Of a DNA stretch of 28,903 nucleotides, positions 26,098-28,903 are shown one piece after another. Location of the stretch: positions 1 to 28,903 of IMG/VR virus record IMGVR_UViG_3300020043_005335. One strand, given 5' to 3'. Source of the DNA: a virus (lineage: Duplodnaviria > Caudoviricetes). The notes below the pieces were generated by a model that was given only the letters and a program-made list of their open reading frames with translations, had not been told where the DNA came from and made no database searches. The position numbers and the translations under genes are program-made. Numbering within the stretch: the stretch's first letter is position 1; each line of letters opens with the position of its first letter.

Positions 26098-26414
26098 GAA
26101 ATTTAAAAGAAGGCATTTTTTATGTTTTTGAGAACGGCAAAGAGGCCGTTGGTGATCATGTCATCACATCCGTTGAAATATGTAACGGTGATATCTGTGA
26201 TGTGTACATTGACCTTGACATCAATGGCTATTTAGATGGCAAACGGTGCGACTTGACAGATAGAGAGATTGAAGAGGTGCGTGATGCTGTACGTGATGAG
26301 CTACTTAGCAACAGCTATGAGTATGATTTGCATCTGCATTTCTCTGAGGAGCAGGATCGGATGCTGAAATATGAGCAGGATTTAGATTACTTTTTTTATA
26401 CACGAGAATTATGA
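26091..26414 (+). CDS. Acidic hypothetical protein
   Basis: 107-aa ORF; ATGA coupling to next ORF. Confidence 0.7.
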   Translation: MLGNLKEGIFYVFENGKEAVGDHVITSVEICNGDICDVYIDLDINGYLDGKRCDLTDREIEEVRDAVRDELLSNSYEYDLHLHFSEEQDRMLKYEQDLDYFFYTREL

Positions 26415-26695
26415 CATTAGGAGATCAAGTATACTGGTGGTTTCACGGCGGTGGATCCATTGCAAAAAGCGGACACTTTAACTGGAAGCATTACTGCAAA
26501 GTGATGCAAGCTAAAAACGAAATTTACAAACAATGTACAGATTACGATACTACATCCACACCCAACTCATACGAGAATGGGTGTTCACAAGCAGAGGACT
26601 ATGCAATTGGAAAAAGCGAGAGCTCCTCATGTCAGGAGATTGTCGAATGGGACACTTTAAAATTGAACGAAGATGACACAAGAGCAATTGATTAG
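26411..26695 (+). CDS. Hypothetical protein (3' half overlaps another ORF)
   Basis: Coupled start; aromatic N-terminal 40 aa look protein-like. Confidence 0.55.
   Translation: MTLGDQVYWWFHGGGSIAKSGHFNWKHYCKVMQAKNEIYKQCTDYDTTSTPNSYENGCSQAEDYAIGKSESSSCQEIVEWDTLKLNEDDTRAID
26533..26676 (+). CDS. 47-aa basic hypothetical protein nested out of frame (MYRLRYYIHTQLIREWVFTSRGLCNWKKRELLMSGDCRMGHFKIERR)
   Basis: A-rich start context; its TGA overlaps the ATG of the HNH gene (ATGA). Confidence 0.55.
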   Translation: MYRLRYYIHTQLIREWVFTSRGLCNWKKRELLMSGDCRMGHFKIERR

Positions 26696-27290
26696 AGTGC
26701 TGTATCCTACGGTGCCAAGTAGAGCCCTATGTGATTACCTTGGGCTTACTACCTCACAGCTGTATAACAGAGTTTATCAAATGGGAATAAAGAAAAGCCC
26801 ACGTATTAAGGCATTACAGAATCGAGCTTTAAGGTTAAATTCAGGTATGAAAAACAGATGGCAACCTGGTCATGTCCCTCACAATAAGGGTAAGCAAATG
26901 AACAGTGAGCTCTATGCAAAAGTTGCACCTACCATGTTTAAGACTGGACACAAACCACATAACACAAAAGAGGATCATGCTACCAGTATAAGAGTTGATA
27001 AAACAGGGAGAGAGTATTCATACACCAAAATAAAAGATGGTCTTTGGGTGCTCACTCATAGGTTGTTATGGGAGTCAATTCACGGAGCAATACCCAAGGG
27101 TTGCGTGATTAGGTTTAAAGATGGCAATACTATGAACCTGCATATTAGCAACCTGGAATGCATACATAAAACTGAGAATGCAATACGGAACAGCATTCAC
27201 CGCTTTCCAGGTGAGCTACAGACCGTGATAAGATTAAAGAGTAAATTAAACAAAAAAATAAAACAAAATGGCAAGAAACGGAATGAATGA
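26673..27290 (+). CDS. HNH_3-like endonuclease-fold protein with N-terminal DNA-binding repeats
   Basis: W/F-x-x-GHxPHN repeats; HRLLWES.HG.IP.G..I.FKDGN..N..ISNL. Confidence 0.8.
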   Translation: MTQEQLIRVLYPTVPSRALCDYLGLTTSQLYNRVYQMGIKKSPRIKALQNRALRLNSGMKNRWQPGHVPHNKGKQMNSELYAKVAPTMFKTGHKPHNTKEDHATSIRVDKTGREYSYTKIKDGLWVLTHRLLWESIHGAIPKGCVIRFKDGNTMNLHISNLECIHKTENAIRNSIHRFPGELQTVIRLKSKLNKKIKQNGKKRNE

Positions 27291-27525
27291 TCTAAGGGAC
27301 CACCTCTTTGCATCACTTGAAAGATTAGACAATGATGAGCTTACACCTGAACAGCTACAAGCTGAGGTAGAGAAGGCTCAGGCAGTTAGTAATGTAGCTA
27401 ATGCTATCATACAAAGTGCTAAAATTGAGGTTGATTTTATGAAAACAACCGGCATGATAGCAAGCAATAGCAACCTATTTAAAGGAGTTAATGACCCTAA
27501 AAGACTTGGAGATGCTACTAATTGA
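27268..27525 (+). CDS. Hypothetical phage protein
   Basis: DLRDHLFASLERL...EVEKAQAV helical protein overlapping the HNH gene end. Confidence 0.75.
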   Translation: MARNGMNDLRDHLFASLERLDNDELTPEQLQAEVEKAQAVSNVANAIIQSAKIEVDFMKTTGMIASNSNLFKGVNDPKRLGDATN

Positions 27526-27976
27526 CGAACTATATCACCTTTCAAAGGTGCAGAATGATGACATTGTGAAGATCATTGATGATTTCAACCTTCGCAGGAG
27601 GTGCCGGAAACAGGAGTATGTATACAAGAGGTATTTCTTGGCGCAGTACATGGTCCGCAGGAGGCACATGACTACAATGCTCGCAGCTTATTACCTGGGA
27701 ATTGACCATAGTACAGTAGTTTATGGCATCCAACAGCATGACTTTTGGTGGAAGCACAACGATCACAGGTACATGGCGGCCATTCATCCGGTGCCACAGC
27801 TCCTTAGCGTGACAACCCATGACAACCCTGTGACAACTTACGAGGTAAAATATAACGAGGTTGTCACGGAAAAAACAGAGGTAACTATCACAGGTAACTT
27901 CCCTCCAAAGTTATTAACAAATTTTGAAAAACCCTTGACTGGTAAGCAATTAAGCGACATCTTTGCCATGTCATAA
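27491..27976 (+). CDS. DnaA domain IV (Bac_DnaA_C)-like HTH protein (start 27491 or 27512)
   Basis: RKQEYVYKR....Y......T....A..LG.DHSTVVYG matches the DnaA C-terminal signature. Confidence 0.7.
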   Translation: MTLKDLEMLLIDELYHLSKVQNDDIVKIIDDFNLRRRCRKQEYVYKRYFLAQYMVRRRHMTTMLAAYYLGIDHSTVVYGIQQHDFWWKHNDHRYMAAIHPVPQLLSVTTHDNPVTTYEVKYNEVVTEKTEVTITGNFPPKLLTNFEKPLTGKQLSDIFAMS

Positions 27977-28223
27977 TATAAGGGTTAATACGTCAGGGGG
28001 CTTCGGCTCCCTTTCTTTTTGCCCCTGCGTGACGACGTGACAACCCATTTGCATATGAGCCATATATTTAATACGAGTATATTCACCCCCCAAAAAGTTG
28101 GTTTTGAGTTGTCACGTTGTCACGGAAATAGAAGAAACCCAATACTGGCGTGGCTTATAGGCGTGACAACTACCCCCTTTGAGTTGTCACGGAGTTGTCA
28201 CGGTTGTCACGGAGTTGTCACGG
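27808..28223. repeat. Cluster of 13 GTTGTCACG/CGTGACAAC iteron-like repeats in both orientations; putative replication origin
   Basis: CGTGACAAC-type at 27808, 27818, 27829, 28028, 28036, 28162; GTTGTCACG-type at 27860, 28108, 28116, 28183, 28194, 28203, 28214. Confidence 0.85.
27995..28020 (+). terminator. Intrinsic terminator ending the early operon
   Basis: AGGGGGC-TTCG-GCTCCCT stem with C(UUCG)G loop, then TTCTTTTT. Confidence 0.9.
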
Positions 28224-28238
28224 AATAAAAAACTTTAA

Positions 28239-28246
28239 TATATTTG
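28239..28246 (+). promoter_or_regulatory. -7 element (TATATTTG) of the primase-helicase promoter, 5 nt before ATG 28252
   Basis: TAnnTTTG match; candidate -33 TTG (28215-28217) lies inside the last iteron. Confidence 0.7.
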
Positions 28247-28251
28247 TAACC

Positions 28252-28903
28252 ATGTATAACCCTTATATATCAATTTTCAAAAGTCTCTACAATTCTAAAG
28301 AGACACCCTTCTCTATTAAGGCAATAGAGGTGCACAATAGAATACAGGTAGGCACACCTGATTTAATTGCCAAGATAAAGGCCATACGGAAGGGCAATAA
28401 TGAGCTCAAGAATACCCTCATGGCGATCATGTTTAATGGAACGTTCTCCGAACGGAAGGATGATGGCCTTGTTGAGCACTCAGGGCTGTGTATTTTGGAC
28501 TTCGACAAATACCCCGATGCTGATACCATGGCAGCAGAACGCAAAAGGCTGATTGAGGATAAGTATACCTATATGCTATTCACATCTCCAAGTGGTAAGG
28601 GCCTCAAGGTAGTGATCAGGATACCTCAATGTGATAAGGTAGAGCACCGGAGGAGGTTCAGCCACTATGAGCAGTACATCAATAGTGAGTATTTTGATAC
28701 CTCCAACAAGAATATCTCAAGGGTATGCTTTGAGTCCTATGACCCCGATGCCTACCTCAATGAATTTGCCGCCATCTACACAGGTATTGTGGAGGATACA
28801 GGGTACCACCGCAGTGAATACACCCCCAAGGTCATTGTAACCAATGAGAACCGCATCATTGAGAAGGTGCTCAAGTTCAACCATGGTGATTTCAAGGAGG
28901 GTA
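28252..28903 (+). CDS. Primase-helicase 5' part, second allele, runs off the window end (MYNPYISIFKSLYNSKETPFSIKAIEVHNRIQ...)
   Basis: Open frame from ATG 28252; matches the protein at the window start with 3 aa differences. Confidence 0.9.
   Translation, partial: MYNPYISIFKSLYNSKETPFSIKAIEVHNRIQVGTPDLIAKIKAIRKGNNELKNTLMAIMFNGTFSERKDDGLVEHSGLCILDFDKYPDADTMAAERKRLIEDKYTYMLFTSPSGKGLKVVIRIPQCDKVEHRRRFSHYEQYINSEYFDTSNKNISRVCFESYDPDAYLNEFAAIYTGIVEDTGYHRSEYTPKVIVTNENRIIEKVLKFNHGDFKEG
28319..28903 (+). repeat. Terminal redundancy copy 2 (about 92% identical to 1..585)
   Basis: Manual alignment. Confidence 0.95.

Larger units (their letters stand above)
1..28903. mobile_element. Near-complete/complete tailed bacteriophage genome (Caudoviricetes, probable Bacteroidota host), circularly permuted, unit length about 28,318 bp
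   Basis: Full set of terminase, portal, protease, capsid, tail, lysis and replication genes; the end of the window re-enters the gene found at its start; no host housekeeping genes. Confidence 0.95.

Noticed and set aside
26070-26099. dif-like site (TTATGTTAGGA resembling the XerD arm)
   Set aside because: Only 8/11 match, wrong spacer length, poor left arm, and within coding sequence
27808-28223. Repeat cluster as a CRISPR array
   Set aside because: Units are 9-10 nt, in both orientations, with irregular spacing and no cas genes
28019-28228. 69-aa ORF across the origin
   Set aside because: TTG start directly after a strong terminator; its sequence is just the translated iterons
1-28903. 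Stop-codon reassignment, tRNAs, integrase or introns
   Set aside because: Standard-code ORFs tile the genome densely, and no cloverleaf, recombinase motif or interrupted core gene was seen

Overview
The window is essentially one complete, small (about 28,318 bp unit length) tailed dsDNA phage genome, probably siphovirus-like, from a Bacteroidota (Flavobacteriia-like) host. The host call rests on TAnnTTTG promoters, A-rich starts without Shine-Dalgarno sequences, and a DUF3127-type SSB. Gene order is: primase-helicase, early/recombination genes (VRR-NUC, ERF, exonuclease, SSB), an ECF-like sigma factor, TerS/TerL, tail genes, two antisense paralogous genes, prohead protease/scaffold, capsid, tail tube, portal, adaptor, holin-amidase-unimolecular spanin, an RNase H-like nuclease, early genes (HNH, DnaA domain IV-like protein) and an iteron-rich putative origin. 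I see no integrase, DNA polymerase, tRNA, CRISPR array or reverse transcriptase. The most notable signals are regulatory. (1) A five-copy AACA-N14-16-ACAATATA motif sits directly on the start codons of late modules, first appearing at the end of the phage sigma-like gene; it is a candidate phage-sigma, leaderless late promoter. (2) A perfect 19-bp Fur-box-like palindrome lies beside an early promoter. (3) Thirteen inverted iterons begin inside a DnaA-domain-IV-like gene. (4) The 585-bp terminal redundancy is only about 92% identical, with mostly synonymous differences. All family assignments are by eye, not from database searches.
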